NCBI GenBank assembly: GCA_030390025.1
Contig: CM059432.1
Coordinates: forward strand, 140,680,001-140,744,000
Length of the DNA stretch: 64,000 nucleotides
DNA from: Squalus acanthias
Lineage: Eukaryota
Reading direction: 5' to 3'
The notes under the pieces were generated by a model. That model made no database searches and had not been told where the DNA came from. It saw only the letters and a list, made by a program, of their open reading frames with translations. Each line of letters starts with the position of its first letter. Position 1 is the first letter of the stretch. Made by a program: the position numbers and the translations under genes. Below, one piece after another: positions 24,613 to 37,309 of this stretch.

Positions 24613-25646
24613 TTGGTGGAAATCTGGTAACTGAACATAGACTGGGGACCGACTGTCGAACGTCAAAGTAGTCATGTGGGAAATACAATAGGAAATGGAT
24701 TTTTAACTTTTTTTCCTGACTTTTCTCCCCTATTCTCTCTCTATCCTGAAGATGCGGACACACATTGAGGTAATGTTCTACGGGAGCTGCTCGACCTCTG
24801 GTAGCTCACAGCTGCTTCATGTACAGACTCAGGTTTGCAGGTTATTTTATCATAAAGGGCCTCATGGCCGCACCCAATCCTTTCCTCACCCAATATCCAT
24901 CCGCAAGTATGCTCTTTCCTGCAAGGATCGCCGGATAACATCCAGGAGTAGGAATAGGGCATTGATGGTGCTAACATTCAACGTTAATCATTAATACAAG
25001 TCTTTGTGCAAAGTTAAGTATGGAGTCCCATTTTGCAAATCTAGCGTCTTTTGTGAAAAGTTGTTTGTAATTTTTGCTGATACATATAGAGCCCCCACCA
25101 CTTCAAACAGCAGGTTTAAAACAGGCAGTCACTTATATCGACCAGAACCCGATAACCATTCAGCTATTTGCATTAATGTCAATTTCAAAGTTGCCGGTTA
25201 CTGCATCTTAAGTGCTCCGATTATTGTGGCAGAAACTGCAGAGCTTACTCACGTGGGATATTGTATAAGTAAAGTACACGTGAAAAACTGATGGGTGCCT
25301 TTTAAAAAGTATATTTATATTTAAAAAAAATAACACTTCCTGCACAATAATCCCAGCAGTCGAATTTTAGAGCCACAATAAGGTGTTTGGGTTGTTTAGA
25401 CGGTCATTCGGAGAAGAGTTGAGATTTGTGTGTTTTTCTCTCCTCCCTCGATCTTGCTGAGATTCTCTACCTGCTAATGGCTTGTTTCTGAATGGTGGGT
25501 CCTGCTCCCTCCAGTCTCCTCATGGCCGTGGCCAGGGTGAGGTTGGTGCAGCGGAGATCAGGGTCCTTGGGTCAGGTCTTGGGTCAGGCCGAGAGTCAGG
25601 TCTACGGTCAGGTCTAGGGTCCTTGGTCAGGTCTGGGGTCAGGTTA

Positions 25647-25940
25647 ACACGGTGGCATAGTGGTTAGCACTGTTGCCTCACAGCGCCAGGGACCCGGGTT
25701 CGAATCTGGCCGCGGGTGACTGTCTGTGTGGAGTTTGCACATTCTCCCCGTGTCTGCGTGGGTTTGCTCCGGTTTCCTCCCACAGTCTAAAGATGTGCGG
25801 GTTAGGTTGATTTGGCTATGATAAATTGACCCTTAGTGTTAGGGGGATTAAATACGGGGATAGGGTGGGATATGTGTCGATGCAGGCTTGATGGGCTGAA
25901 ATGGCCTCTATCTGCACTGTGGGGATTCTGTAATTCTGTG
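25647..25940 (+). mobile_element. V-SINE (HE1-like)
   Basis: tRNA-like head GGTGGCATAGTGG...GGTTCGAATC; V-domain TGTGTGGAGTTTGCACATTCTCCCCGTGTCTGCGTGGG; CR1-type tail. Confidence 0.88.
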
Positions 25941-25994
25941 AGGTTGAGGGTCAGGCCTAGGGTTTCCCGCTGCCTTCCTCACAGTTTGTAATAG

Positions 25995-26460
25995 AAAGTA
26001 AGACTTGCATTTATATAGTGCCTTTTACAACCTCAGGACATCCCAAAGCACTTTATAGTCAATTAAATACTTTTTCAAGGATCGTCATTGTTGTAATATA
26101 GGAATCACAGCAGCCAATTTGTGCACAGCAAGCTCCCACAAACAGCAATGTGATAATGACTAGATAATCTGTTTTTAGTAATGTTTGTTAAGGAATAAAT
26201 ATTGGTCGGGACACCGGGGAGAAATCCCCTGATCTTCTTCGAAATAGTGCTGTGGGATCTTTTACATCCACTTTAGAGAGCAGACAGGGCCTCGGTTTAA
26301 CGTCTCATCCGAAAGACGGCACCTCTGACAGTGCCGCACTCCCTCAGCACTGCACTGGGAGTGTCAGCCTAAATTTTGCGCTCAAGTCTCTGGAGTGGGA
26401 CTTGAACCCATAACCTTCTGACTCAGAGGCGAGAGTGCTGCCCACTAGGCATGGCTGACG
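25995..26460 (-). mobile_element. DeuSINE, full length
   Basis: Head, core and tail all present on the minus strand. Confidence 0.9.
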
Positions 26461-26824
26461 CATTTCAGAGAAGCTTCTCCTGGCTGGGCTGCAATCAAGG
26501 CTAAAGAGCCCCGCCTATCCTTCATGGTTGGGGGGGTCACCCATCGGAGGCAAGTCTGCCCGCTGGACGTCAATCCGACATTGAGAGCCAGCGCTCTGGC
26601 CTCTGCTCTCCGAGTTGGCCCCAAACCTTCTAACTCAGAGGCAGCAACACTACCACTGAGTCAGTTGTCCTTCTGTCCGGACGTGAGTACCCCTCTGGAT
26701 GTGCACCTTCTGACCAAGTGGTGGAAACTCCTACTAGCATAGTATGCGAAAGGAATAATTTAATCTAACTCCACCTACCACCTCCAATTCAATGGTAGAA
26801 AGACTTGCACTTATAAGGCAGACT

Positions 26825-27802
26825 GTTAAAAAAGCATATAGGATCCTTGGCTCTATAAATAGAGGCACAGGGTACAAAAGCAAGGATGTTATGTTAAACC
26901 TTTATAAACACTGGTCAGGCCTCAGCTGGAGTATTGTGTCCAATTCTGGGCACCACACTTTCGGAAGGATGTCAAGGCCTTGGAGAGGGTGGAGAGGAGA
27001 TTTACTAGAATCGTACCAGGGATGAGGGACTTCACTTACGTGGAGAGACTGGAGAAGCTGGGGTTGTTCTCCTTAGAGCAGAGAAGGTTAAGAGGAAACA
27101 TTTTTTTGCACAGGTTAAGGGGGAGATTTGATAGAGGTGTTCAAAATTATGAAGGGTTTTGATAGAGTAAATAAGGAGAAACTGTTTCCACTGGCAGGAG
27201 GGTCAGTAACCAGAGGATACAGATTTAAGGTCATAGAAACATAGAAACATAGAAACATAGAAACATAGAATCTAGGAGCAGGAGTAGGCCATTCGGCCCG
27301 TCGAGCCTGCTCCGCCATTCAATACGATCATGGCTGATCATCCAAATCCAGTACCCTGTCCCTGCTTTAATCCCCACAGTACACATATCCCACCCTACCC
27401 CCGTAACCCCACGTATTTAATTCCCCCTAACATATCCCATCCTATCCCCATAACCCCACATATTTAATCCCCCCTAACACTAAGGGTCAATTTATCATAG
27501 CCAAATCAACCTAACCCACACATTTTTGGTCATTGACAAAAGAACCAGAGGGGAGACGGGGAGAATTTATTTATGCAGCGAGTTGTTGTGATCTGGAATG
27601 CACTGCCTGAAAGGGCGGTGGAAGCAGATTCAGTAATAACTTTCAAAAGGGAATTGGATAAATACTTGAAAAGGAAAACATTGCAGGGCGACGGGGGAAA
27701 GAGAAAAGGAGAGTGGGACTAATTGGATAGATCTTTCAAAGAGCCGGCACAGGCACGATGGGCCGAATGCCCTCCTTCTGTGCTGTACGATTCCACGATT
27801 CT
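26825..27802 (+). mobile_element. CR1 3' fragment interrupted by a SINE at 27235-27527
   Basis: [11 protein letters not shown]...[10 protein letters not shown]; resumes after TSD GGTCAT. Confidence 0.88.
27235..27527 (-). mobile_element. V-SINE variant, 5'-truncated, with an alternative CR1 tail
   Basis: V-SINE 3' body plus GGAGCAGG stem and (TTTCTATG)n tail; TSD GGTCAT. Confidence 0.8.
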
Positions 27803-28739
27803 ATATAGTGATGCATTCAAAAAATGTCTGAAAATACTTCACGTGCAATGAATTACTTTGAGTGAACTGACTGTGATTACACGGCAGCCAGTTTACACAC
27901 TTCAAGTCCCCACATTTGTTGGCTTGGACACCAGATGAAGTCTGAGGAGGCCCCTGTGAGTGTGGATACTCCTCCCTTCCTTTGTTTATCAGCACATGTC
28001 CTCCACCTTGTTTGCTATTCACATGCAAAGAGTATCTCCCAAAGCGTGCTGCCGGGAGATTAGTTAGAATGGACTTCAGCTGAGGAGAGACCCGTGAGGA
28101 TCAGAGAAGAGGTTGCCAAACGCCGGAGAACAAATTGGCAACTAACAACCAGTAACGCTGAAGATCCATGGGAATATTTTTACGAAAATTAAATGTTCTT
28201 GCTGGTGTTAAAGGAGAAGCACAATTGCTTATGAAAAACAGAACACCTCTTTAAAATCTTGTAAAGGTTAAAGAAAGAATCTTCATATCACGGTCCGCTG
28301 CCCAATTTGTTCTGCAATGCTGGAGGATAGTTTCAAGGCTACTGGTTTCGCTGCCGGCCCCTCACCCAAGTGGTCATTCTTCATACATGAGCCTTAGCGG
28401 TCGGCTATTCGACTGTGTAGACCCTCAAAGCTGAGCCCAAGATCATTCTATAAACACTCTTGAAGGATCGGGAGTGGGAACCAGATGTTCCCAGCTTGAG
28501 TGAGGCTGATTGCAGCCCCTTCATCATGGCTCTGACTGAGATCAGGTAACTTAGAGTAGGCCAGGATGTCCAGGGCTCATTGTTGGACAATCACTCAGGT
28601 GCTGGAATATCAGAATGAGCTTTATGACAACAGTACTAAGCAGTCCCTTTTAATATTCCTCAGAGTGTTGTTAATAATCAGTGTTTAAATCCTCAATGTC
28701 TCATTTTGTAAATGAACAAACAGATTGGGGGAGGAAAAA

Positions 28740-30987
28740 AGAAAGACTTGCATTTCTGTAGCGCCTTTCACGACCTCAGGACGTCCCAAAGCGCTCTATA
28801 GCCAATTAAGGTGAATGGTGATGGCCCATTAAACAACTAACGGGAGGAGGAGGCTCCATGAATATCCCCATCCTCAATGATGGTGGAGCCCAGCACGTGA
28901 GTGCAAAAGACAAGGCTGAAGCGTTTGCAACCATCTTCAGCCAGAAGTGCCGAGTGGATGATCCATATCGGCCTACTCCACCATCACAGAAACCAGTCTT
29001 CAGCCAATTCGATTCACTCCACGTGATATCAAGAAACGGCTGAGCACACTGGATACAGCAAAGGCTATGGGCCCCGACAACATCCCGGCTATCGTGCTGA
29101 AGACTTGTGCTCCAGAACTAGCCGCGCCTCTAGCCAAGCTGTTCCAGTACAGCTACAACATTGCCATCTATCCGACAATGTGGAAAACTGCCCAGGTATG
29201 TCCTGTCCACAAAAAGCAGGACAAATCCAATCTGGCCAATTACCGCCCCATCAGTCTACTCTCAATCATCAGCAAAGTGATGGAAGGTGTCATCGACAGT
29301 GCTATCAAGCAGCACTGACTCACTAATAACTTGCTCACTGATGCCCAGTTTGGGTTCCGCCAAGGCCCTCGGCTCCTGACCTCATTACAGCCTTGGTCCA
29401 AACATGGACAAAGGAGCTGAATTCCAGAGGTGAGCTGAGAGTGACTGCCCTTGACATCAAGGCAGCATTTGACCGAGTTGTGGCATCAAGGAGCCCTAGT
29501 AAAACTGAAGTCAATGGGAATTGGGGGGAAAACTCTCCACTGGCTGGAGTCATACCTAGCACAAAGGAAGGTGGTTGAAGGTCAATCATCACAGCCCCAG
29601 GACATCGCTGCAGGGGTTCCTCAGGGCAGTGTCCTAGGCCCAACCATCTTCAGCTGCTTCATCAATGACCTTCCCTCCAATATAAGGCCAGAAATGAGGA
29701 TGTTCGCTGATGACTGCACAGTGTTCAGTGCCATTCACAACTCCTCAGATAATGAAGCAGTCCATGCCCACATGCAACAAGACCTGGATGACGTTCAGGC
29801 TTGGGCTGATAAGTGGCAGGTAACATTCGCGCCACACAGGTGCCAGTCAATGACTATCTCCAACAAGCGAGAGTCTAACCACCGCCCCTTGACATTCAAT
29901 GGCATTACCATCGCCGAATCCCCCACCATCAACATCCTGGGGGTCACCATTGACCAGAAACTTAACTGGACCAGCCACATAAATACTGTGGCAACAAGAG
30001 CAGGTCAGAGGCTAGGTATTCTACGGCGAGTGTCTCACCTCCTGACTCCCCAAAGCCTTTCCACCATCTGCAAGGCACAAGTCAGGAGTGTGATGGAATA
30101 CTCTCCACTTGCCTGGATGAGTGCAGCTCCAACAACACTCAAGAAGCTCAACACCATCCAGGACAAAGCAGCCAGCTTGATTGACACCCCATCCACCACC
30201 TTAAACATTCACTCCCTCCACCACCGGCGTACCGTGGCTGCAGTGTGTACCATCTACAAGATGCACTGCAGCAACTCGCCAAGGCTTCTTCGGCAGCACC
30301 TCCCAAACCCACTACCTCTACCACCTAGAAGGACAAGGGCAGCAGGCGCGTGGGAACACCACCACCTCCAAGTTCCCCTCCAAGCCACACACCATCCTGA
30401 CCTGGGAATATATCGCCGATCCTTCATCGTCGCTGGGTCAAAATCCTGGAACTCCCTACCTAACAGCACTGTGGGAGTACCTTCACCACACGGACTGCAG
30501 CGGTTCAAGAAGGCGGCTCACCACCACCTTCTCAAGGGCAACTAGGGATGGGCAATAAATGCTGGCCTTGTCAGCGATGCCCACATCCCCTAAACAGATT
30601 TAAAAAAGTCCTTTTGAAGTGTAGTCACTGTTGTAATGTAGGAACGGTGGCAGCTAATTTGCAAGCTCCCACAAACAGCAATGTGATAATGACCAGACAA
30701 TCTGTTTTAGTGACATTGGTTGAGGGATAAATATTGGCCAGGATACCAGGGAGAGCTCCCCTGCTCTTCTCCAAATAGTGCCGTGGGATCTTTTACATCC
30801 ACCTGAGAGGGCAGACTTGGTTTAATATCTCATCTGAAAGACGGCACCTCTGACAGTGCAGCTCTCCCACAGTACTGCACTGGAGAGTCAGCCTAGTTTT
30901 TGTGTTCAAGTCTCTGGTAGTGGAAAGCTTGAACCCGCAACCTTTGGACTACAGAGGCAAGTGTGCTACCCACTGAGCCACAGCTGA
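28740..30987 (-). mobile_element. DeuSINE split by a LINE insertion (28740-28810 and 30608-30987)
   Basis: The two halves join into a continuous DeuSINE. Confidence 0.85.
28811..30607 (+). mobile_element. CR1-group LINE (second, divergent family), 5'-truncated, RT domain
   Basis: NYRPISLLS, GVPQGSVLGP and MFADD motifs in frameshifted ORFs (29067-29318, 29451-30545); A-rich 3' end. Confidence 0.9.
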
Positions 30988-31533
30988 GGACCAGGGAAAT
31001 GAGCTTAAACTTGGCAAGAGTAGGAATAGACTGGGTGGTACGCTGTTCTTCTTTTCCCAGAGAGTAGTGAGGCTACGATTCTATGGCCTAGAAATTCGCC
31101 GGTGCCACCGTGGGTCGAAGTTAACGGCCACCCGCAAAAAGAGTGCAGGCAGGCACCAGTATTTTGGTGCTGCCTGCTGATTAAAATTAGTGCAGCGCAA
31201 AACCTACAGTGTAACACGCTGATTCGGGCCTTAGTCTCAGCAGGAGACCCAATGTAGCGTGGCCGTAGCGTCCCTGGAGCGAGGCAGCATTTTCTTAAAG
31301 CATGGCTGTCATTTTAGAAAGCAGCGTCGGTCCCCTAAAGGGGAACTGCATTCTAAAATGAAAAAAATTAAAATCATTTAAAAATAGGCATTCTTTAGCC
31401 CTTAGAGCTCAACTTCTTTTGAAAACTTAAATAATCATTGAAAATAATTCCCAAATGGCAGTCTTCAGCTCTTAAAGCTGAATTGCCTTCCGCAAGTAAA
31501 AAAAATGGGAAAAGTGCTTCAGCACAAACACAA

Positions 31534-32414
31534 GTGGCTCAGCAAGCCAGGGAAGGGGTACCCAGGGTCTGGCACACAGCACTCCAGCTTTGTGCAGGGG
31601 GTCAACACTGCAAGAGAGGGCCTCTACTCACAGGGGCCAGGAGGCCCCTCCAGAAAGAACGATGTGGGACCAGATCACCGAGGCCGTCACTGCCAGCAGT
31701 GTCGCCCCCACCACCTGGCTCCAGTGCCCAAAGAAGCTTCATGACCTCAGACCAGTGGTCAAGGTCAGTGAATGCATCATCAAAAGCCGTCTCCTACCAA
31801 CTGCACCACTAGCCTCACACACTGCTCAATGCACGACTCCCCCCCCGCCCCCCCCGCATCACTCACCTACCAACAATCGGCACACCTCCCATTCCTAGCT
31901 TCACCTCACCCCCTTGGAGGAGACGGTGCTGGCCATTCTTGGCAGGGGCATGGCTGAGCCCTTGGCTGAAAGGATAAAAGATTCTGGTGTCCTCATACGT
32001 TATCCTCCTTCCCACATCCCACTTCCCCCTCATCCCACAATATCTTCTGATTTACAAGGTGTGCATGGTGTAAGCATGCAACTCTCGCTTTGCTGCCTTC
32101 CCCGCACCACAACTCCACCCCTTGTGTCTTCCTCATTTCACACACCCAAGAAATGCAGCCTGCCCAGCCAGTGGTTGACCAAGAAGAGGGAGAGGAAAGT
32201 GAAGAAGAAGAAGAAACACCATCACTCGATTTCACACTCTCAGCCACTAGCTCCTCGAGGTCGTCCTGCAAGACCATTTGCAGTGTCCCCCACTGAAAGT
32301 CAGCAGCCTTCCACCAGCCATGCTGCAGCCACTAGGGTAGCACTGCATGACATCACTAAGATTGGCAAAGGCACACACAAGACAGTCACTAAGGGAATGC
32401 ACCAGGATGATTAG
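31534..32414 (+). pseudogene. Harbinger Myb/SANT-like DNA-binding protein pseudogene (frameshifted, internally deleted)
   Basis: Spans frames: AQQAREGVPR...WDQITEAV...TWLQCPKKLHDL...K|gtcagt; later remnants LTPLEETVLAILG and an acidic stretch; homologous to 45745-47647. Confidence 0.72.
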
Positions 32415-32717
32415 TTGATTTCTTGATGTCATATTGGATGGATAGATGTATAAAGTTGGATTGGAAAGTTTGCTTTGTGGTGGCTTTTATTTCAGCATTG
32501 TGGCCAAGAGGACCCTGTGATGGTCAGTAACAAAGGGAAGGTAAGGTGTGGGACTAATGTTGAAAGGGGGATTGGGGTTGTGGTCACTGGGACCGCAGGC
32601 GGATGTTTCCATCCCGGATATCCCGGCCAGAAAGGGGCTGTCTGGGTTGCTTCCTCCTTTCCACTTCCTCCTTTTCTGTGTCTTCCTCTTCTGCACCTTC
32701 TCTTCCCTCTGCGAGCG

Positions 32718-32855
32718 TTGCTGGAAATCTGAAATAAAAGCAGAAACCGCTGCAAATACTCAGCAGGTCAGGCAGCATCTCGACCTGAGACGTGAACTCT
32801 CTTTCTCCCTCCACAGAGGCTGCCTGACCTGCTGAGTATTTCCAGCATTTTTTTG
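32718..32855. mobile_element. Penelope-like terminal-repeat fragments in inverted arrangement
   Basis: AATACTCAGCAGGTCAGGCAGC and its rc GCTGCCTGACCTGCTGAGTATT; same repeat as at 36735 and 43060. Confidence 0.6.
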
Positions 32856-33624
32856 TCTTCTCAGAGGCCTTCCTTTACCATCCGAGGCCTTGCAAGCATC
32901 CAGCGGCACTCCCTGCACTCTTTATAAACTTTTTAATCTATTGCACCAAGCCACTACTTCGATAAAACTTACCTGAAAGATGTGTGTGCCCCTTTGAGAA
33001 GTGCTGACAGTGTCTCTGCAGGGCTGCTTCACGCTCGCTTTTCTGTGCGTGGTTAGGACACAGCATAACGGAGAACGTCCAAATTAGCAGTCGTGGCCTC
33101 AGGTCAGGCATTGCATGCCGATTGACATCAGAATCTGCTGATTTACATTTGAGAGTTCAGTTCTGTCAATGGCAGGCACTATGGCCCTCACCAACATGGC
33201 AGCCGCCATGTCCCATGCAGGATGCGGGCGGAAGCAAGGCAGCCGCCATTTTCCCCGCAAAACGGGCCTTCACGGCCGGTGCTAAACCATCGAATTTTTA
33301 GGCCCATGATTCTCTTTTGTTAACTGCATTGACGCTTTAGTCAGTAAATCCTGTAGCAAGCCGGCAGATAGGAATGCCAAAAGGAAGCTGTCAGCAGCCT
33401 CTAGTACCACCCTTTAGCTTCCATTGCCTCTTCAAGGTGTATATAGGGCATGTGTAGCCCACAGTCAACTGCCCTTCCTTAAGGAATAATGTAAAGAGAG
33501 CAGTTTCAGTGGGTGTTGAGCTCACCACTGCACTGGCTAGTGATACCAACAGAGGTTTGATGATCAGAGAGACACGTTGGTCACATTGGTGTTAACTTTC
33601 ACAATGAGGCAAAGCTTTGCTACT

Positions 33625-34090
33625 TTGTGCTCGCTGACCTGCACTGGCCCCCGGCTAAGCAACGCCTCGATTTGAAAATTCTCATCCTTGCTTTCAAATC
33701 CCTCCACGGCCTCGTCCCTCTTTATCTCATTAATCTCCTCCAACCCTACAACCCCCCCCCCACCGGCAAGATCTCTGCGCTATGCCGATTCTGGCCTGAC
33801 TCGAGCATCCCCGATTTTCATCGCTGCACCATTGGCGGCCGTGCCTTCAGCTTTCTGGACCGTAAGCTCTGGAATTCCCTCCCTAAACCTCTCCGCCTCG
33901 CCGCCTCTCTCTCCTCCTTTAAGATGGACCTTCAAACCTACCTCTTTGACCAAGCTTTTATTTCATCTGCCCTTACAGCTCCTTATGTGGCTCGGTGTCA
34001 GATTTTGTTGGATAATCGCTCCTGTGAAGCACCTTGGGAAGTTTTACTATGTTAAAGGCGCTATGGAAATACAAGTTGTTGTTGTTGTTG
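33625..34090 (+). mobile_element. L2 3' fragment
   Basis: LADLHWPP...GGRAFS; (TTG)n tail. Confidence 0.88.
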
Positions 34091-34181
34091 ATATCAATTC
34101 CATGCATTTCATAATGTGATACAGTCAAGGGGGCCAAAGCCCATGGTACCATAAATTACAGAGCTAACTGGATAGTAAATA

Positions 34182-34544
34182 CAGGAAACTCTTTATTAAC
34201 CGGCACCCAAATATCCGGAAATCTCTCTTAACCAGCAAAATTTTTGAGTAGGTAACCGGGGTTTTCCTTCATCTCTCATTTAAAATTAACTTAAAAAAAA
34301 CCCCGAGGCGTTTGCCTTGTATCGGAGCGTGTAGATTGGGAGGGGAATGTGCAGCCCGGATAGGCAGCGGACACGACAGATGGTCAGCTGGCAGTCCCCG
34401 GGGAGACGGAGCTCCGAATGCAGGCGCATGTCAGTGTGTACGGGGCTCTCGTACGTTGGGAGATATAACTCTCCGTTATCCGGACTTTTTGATTAACCGG
34501 CACCACGCCGGTCCCGTCGATGCCGGTTAATAAAGAGTTTCCTG
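34182..34544. mobile_element. Tc1/mariner (pogo/Tigger-like) MITE, 363 bp
   Basis: Perfect 24-bp TIR CAGGAAACTCTTTATTAACCGGCA; TA TSD on both sides. Confidence 0.9.
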
Positions 34545-35924
34545 TATGTTAGATTTCAAGGAGTCCTTTCATCAAACAATGTTCAGCAAACCCTCATATT
34601 ATTTGGGGGAGAATAAAAGAGCAGGAAGAGCCATATGGGGCATTTTCGTTGTGTGAGGCCTTGATTTACATGATTTACAGGAAAGGAATGAAATTGGTCT
34701 TGGGTGGTCGCACGAAATCAGGGTTAGCGAATCGGTAGCTGGCTTTACACCCCCGCCTGATTGAAATCAATGGAAAAGAAGTTCAGCTGCGGGTGTGAAA
34801 CGAGCGGGCGATTGGCTATCGCTCATATCGTCCTATTGCCCAAGGTCCAATTTCACCCTTTCAACATTTACAAGCAAGAAACAATCAGCCAGACCCTTCT
34901 TCACAAAGACAGTTCGGGGGCAATTTTAACCCAATCTGCCCGTCGGGGAAACTGACGGGAGCGGGAGCGACACTAGTTTTACACCCCGCCCCCCTCCCTC
35001 CCCCCCCCCCCCGCAGATATTAATCCCTGTTGAAGTCAATATTGGGTCGGGTGTAATACCATTGGGTTAAAATTAACCCCGTGCTATCCCTTTAAGTCCA
35101 ACATTCAACCCTCCCGATCAAAGCAATTTAAAAACACCATTCTCTCCATGTTGAGCAGTTCGGCCAGCGCCTTAAATATTGCAAATCCCATTGCTAAATG
35201 AACAATACTTACTCAGAGGACAGGCTGCATAAACTACCATCAAAGGGCTGTTGAAGCCTGACTCAGAGAATTAGCCTGAAGTTCAAAAACTCAAATCTGG
35301 ATGAGTTTGTCTGCATTTTATTAAATCCAGTCACCTTATAAAAACAGACCATTGAGAGAACAATGTGGTAAGTATTAGGAATACTGGAGAGGGGAGCCTG
35401 TAAGACCCCATGCATCTTCCTGCCTTCTGCTGCAGCTAGTTTGTACCCTACTGGCCAAACTTTATTGAGAACAGAGGTCAGTTGGTTAGTCATCTGTCTT
35501 TAACTGCGTTGCCAGATGAGCAAAAAGTCACTCCCATTATCCTAAATCACACAAAATCATTCCAGCATGTTCGGTAGAGTCTGTGCAAGTTGTGGATCAG
35601 GTTGGGCCCAAGCTTGCCAAGAGGTTTTACGCTTGGATCAGGGATTAGGACATTCCTGACCCTAGCAGAATTAAAAAAGAGAAATTGAAAGTTTCCTGAG
35701 CCTTCCTATCGGGGTTCCCAACCCTCCGGAATTGCCCTGGAGTCTCCAGGAATTAAAGATGGATCTCTCGGACATTGCCGCGGGCAACACCCGGGAGAGA
35801 AATCACTGGGGCGTTAAAATAAATTCTGAGGTTTTAAAAAAAAATTTCTTTGAAGTTCTTTCATTTAATAGTTATCGAATTATTGGAGATGGAAGAGAAA
35901 CAAAAATGCCGTTTGACGGTTGGA

Positions 35925-36453
35925 CGCCTCCGTAAACTGGAGGTCATCCAAACCTCTGCTGCCCGTGTCCTAACTCGCAACAAGTCCCGTTCACCCAACC
36001 CCCCCTGTGCTCGCTGACTGACATTGGCTCCTGGTGAAGCCTTGATTTTAAAATTCTCATCCTTGCTTTCAAATCCCTCCATGGCCTCGCCCCCCTCCCT
36101 ATCTCTGTAACCTCCTCCAGCCCTACAGCCCTCCGAGGTCTCTGCGTTCCTCCAATTCTGACCTCTTGAGCATCCCTGATTTTAGTCGCTCCACCATTGG
36201 CGGCCGTGCTTTCAGCTGCCAAGGCCCTGAGCTCTGGAATTCCCTCCCTAAATCTCTCCGCCTCTCTACCTCTCTCTCCTCCTTTAAGACGCTCCTTAAA
36301 ACCGACCTCTTTGACCAAGCTTTTGATCATCTGCCCTAATATCTCCTTATGTGGCTCGATGTCAAATTTTGTTTGATAATCGCTCCTGTGCAGCGCCTTG
36401 GGACGTTTTACTACGTTAAAGGCGCTATATAAATACAAGTTGTTGTTGTTGTT
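35925..36453 (+). mobile_element. L2 3' fragment
   Basis: L2 ORF2 end and tail. Confidence 0.88.
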
Positions 36454-36734
36454 GGAGGGTCAGGTGATGAAACCTCCAGGAATATGTCCAATAGTAGAAT
36501 TGATGACCTTCGCCCTCCACCAGTTAGGTCACATAACTCCTGGTACGAATGGGCCTTGCCAGCGACGCCCACATCCCATGAACGAATAAAAAAAAAACTC
36601 CTAATGGGACACTTGTAAAGGATGGTGTACATAAGCATACGCAATTGATGATCTGGCGATGAACAGTAAATATTTCTGTCAAGTGGGTGGGCTTTCTCTC
36701 CCAGCACCGCTTAAGGAATACACATAAACAGAGA

Positions 36735-36830
36735 TAACGACAGAAAACGCTGGAAAAACTCAGCAGGCCAGGCAGCATCCGTGGAGAGAGAAACAGAGTT
36801 AACGTTTCAGGTCGAAGACCTTTCGTCAGA
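36735..36830 (-). mobile_element. Penelope-like terminal-repeat fragment with hammerhead core
   Basis: Minus strand CTGACGA-A-AGGTC-TTC-GACCT-GAAACGTT-AACT. Confidence 0.65.
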
Positions 36831-36924
36831 GGTCCAGACAACTCTCTTTGAAGTGGACATGTTAGACAGTTTGGGGTATTTTTCACCTTCCGTTATACAA
36901 CAACAGCAGCAGCCACAACGACAA

Positions 36925-37260
36925 ACTTACTAGAATGGTATCAGGGATGAGGGACTTCAGTTATGTGGAGAGACAGAGAAGCTGGGATTGTTCTCCTTGG
37001 AGCAGAGAAGGTTAAGGGGAGATTTAAGATATCAAAACCCTTCATAATAATTCAATATTATGAGGGGTTTTGATGGAATAAATGAGGAGAAACTGTTTCC
37101 ACTGGCAGGAGCGTCGGTAACCAGAGGACACAGATTTAAGGTCATTGGCAAATGAACCAGAGGATGGATGATGAGAATTTTTTTATGCAGTGAGTTGTTA
37201 TGATCTGGAATTGACTGCATGAAAGGGTGGTGGAAGCTGATTCAATAGCAACTTTCAAAT
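36925..37260 (+). mobile_element. CR1 fragment
   Basis: Homologous to 27000-27660. Confidence 0.82.
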
Positions 37261-37309
37261 AATTTTGAACATCTCTATTAAATCTCCTCTTAACCTTTTC
37301 TGCTCTAAG

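Larger units (their letters stand above)
31085..33304 (+). mobile_element. PIF/Harbinger-type non-autonomous element
   Basis: TIR GGCCTAGAAATTCG / CGAATTTTTAGGCC (13/14 match); flanks TAT/CAT; contains a Myb/SANT pseudogene. Confidence 0.8.

Noticed and set aside
29451..30545. Intact reverse transcriptase gene (364-aa ORF)
   Set aside because: 5'-truncated LINE with upstream frameshifts and stops and no endonuclease
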